This document shows, in pieces, positions 63,125 to 64,000 of a stretch of 64,000 nucleotides of DNA. This stretch comes from Hormiphora californensis. Lineage: Eukaryota; Animalia; Ctenophora. The notes under the pieces were generated by a model. It saw only the letters and a program-made list of their open reading frames with translations, had not been told where the DNA came from and did not search any database. The stretch spans positions 558,001-622,000 of the forward strand of contig CM035354.1 in NCBI GenBank assembly GCA_020137815.1, in the 5' to 3' direction. Made by a program: the position numbers and the translations under genes. The first letter of the stretch is position 1. Each line of letters opens with the position of its first letter.

Positions 63125-63792
63125 ATGTTTAATATAGCGTTAGTGTTGGCCGCCCTCCTGAACCCTACCGCAGGGATGACATCTCAACTAGAGGTCACCT
63201 CCGTGTCTGCTAAAACACTATACTACAACCAGAATTACAGCCCCGAGAAGATTCTGGATGGGGACCCGGACAGTTACTATCACTCTGCAGACCACTCTAC
63301 TGAGCAGTGGTTGTGGTTGGTGTTAACCCTCCCTGGCTATGTTTACCAAGTTACCATTAATAACAGGTGAACACCCATGAAGTGACCTGATTGTGGTATC
63401 TTTACAAGCTTGGTGGATGGGTGGGTTACCACTACGTCGAGTGAGCCTGAGCTTTAATTCACCTTCAAATTCCAATAACGTCACCCTGTTTCAGGTTGGA
63501 AAACCAGAATAGAGATGCCAGTGACCCCATCTATAAGGCCATGCGAGATAGAATAATCGGCACCAAGGTTGTTCTAATTGGTTACCATGACAACATCACG
63601 TGTGGCTGGATAAACCAGACACAAGAGGACGCACGATCAGTTCAGGACCAGACTTATTCTCTTATGTGTGGTGGGAGGGAGGCTATAACAAGAGCGATAT
63701 GGTTGGTGGACCGATCACCGGAGAACGGGTTTGATGGATCTACTGTTATTATGAACATCGCCGGAGTAACTGTTCATGGTGACCCACTAACC
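63125..63792 (+). CDS. Secreted protein with discoidin/F5-8C (fucolectin-like) galactose-binding-fold domain, 5' exons
   Basis: Signal peptide MFNIALVLAALL; YSPEKILDGDPDSYYHS..EQWLWLVL..VYQVTINNR|LE..RIIGTKV..CG. Exons 63125-63366 and 63495-63792 are in phase; donor GTAAG at 63793. Confidence 0.7.
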
Positions 63793-64000
63793 CGTAAGTA
63801 TTCTGGGAGGTTCATGGTGACCTAGTACTAACCGGTAAGTATTCTGGGAGGTTGGGCATGCAGGTATATAGGGAAGGGGTACTTTTTAGTTTGTGAACCA
63901 CATTTAGTGTTAATAGTTCCAAGTTTTAAACGCAGAACGCACCTGGGCACTGTGTCTGTTGTTTAATCCGAGAAATCTTTTCTAAATACTAGCAAGGAAC

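Overview
Intron-rich animal genomic DNA, probably a cydippid ctenophore such as Pleurobrachia. That assignment is an inference from intron and repeat style and from two short repeats I recall from Pleurobrachia gene models. Genes supported by spliced, phase-consistent exons: an IRAG/LRMP(Jaw1)-family coiled-coil gene (+) with two alternative last exons, one soluble and one TM/KASH-like; a Polycomb/CBX chromodomain gene (-); a multi-Tudor + CCCH gene (-); acid sphingomyelinase (-); two tandem paralogues of a small secreted two-domain Cys-rich protein (+); a class A GPCR (-); and an LRSAM1-like RING E3 ligase (-) with a secreted discoidin-type gene probably nested antisense in an intron. The non-genic part is dense in non-autonomous mobile DNA, much of it with readable TIRs and target-site duplications: fold-back hairpin elements (several in introns), poly-G-ended 8-bp-TSD elements (one carries a tRNA-Val-like sequence), a Helitron, CR1 and RNase H-type LINE fragments, and a multi-level nested TE stack that has undergone an inverted triplication. 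There is also a 6.6-kb 33-bp satellite and a frameshifted class I viral fusion (F/env-like) gene inserted just upstream of one paralogue's TATA box. About 5.9-6.8 kb looks like an unpolished false duplication. All homology calls come from recalled motifs; no database search was run.
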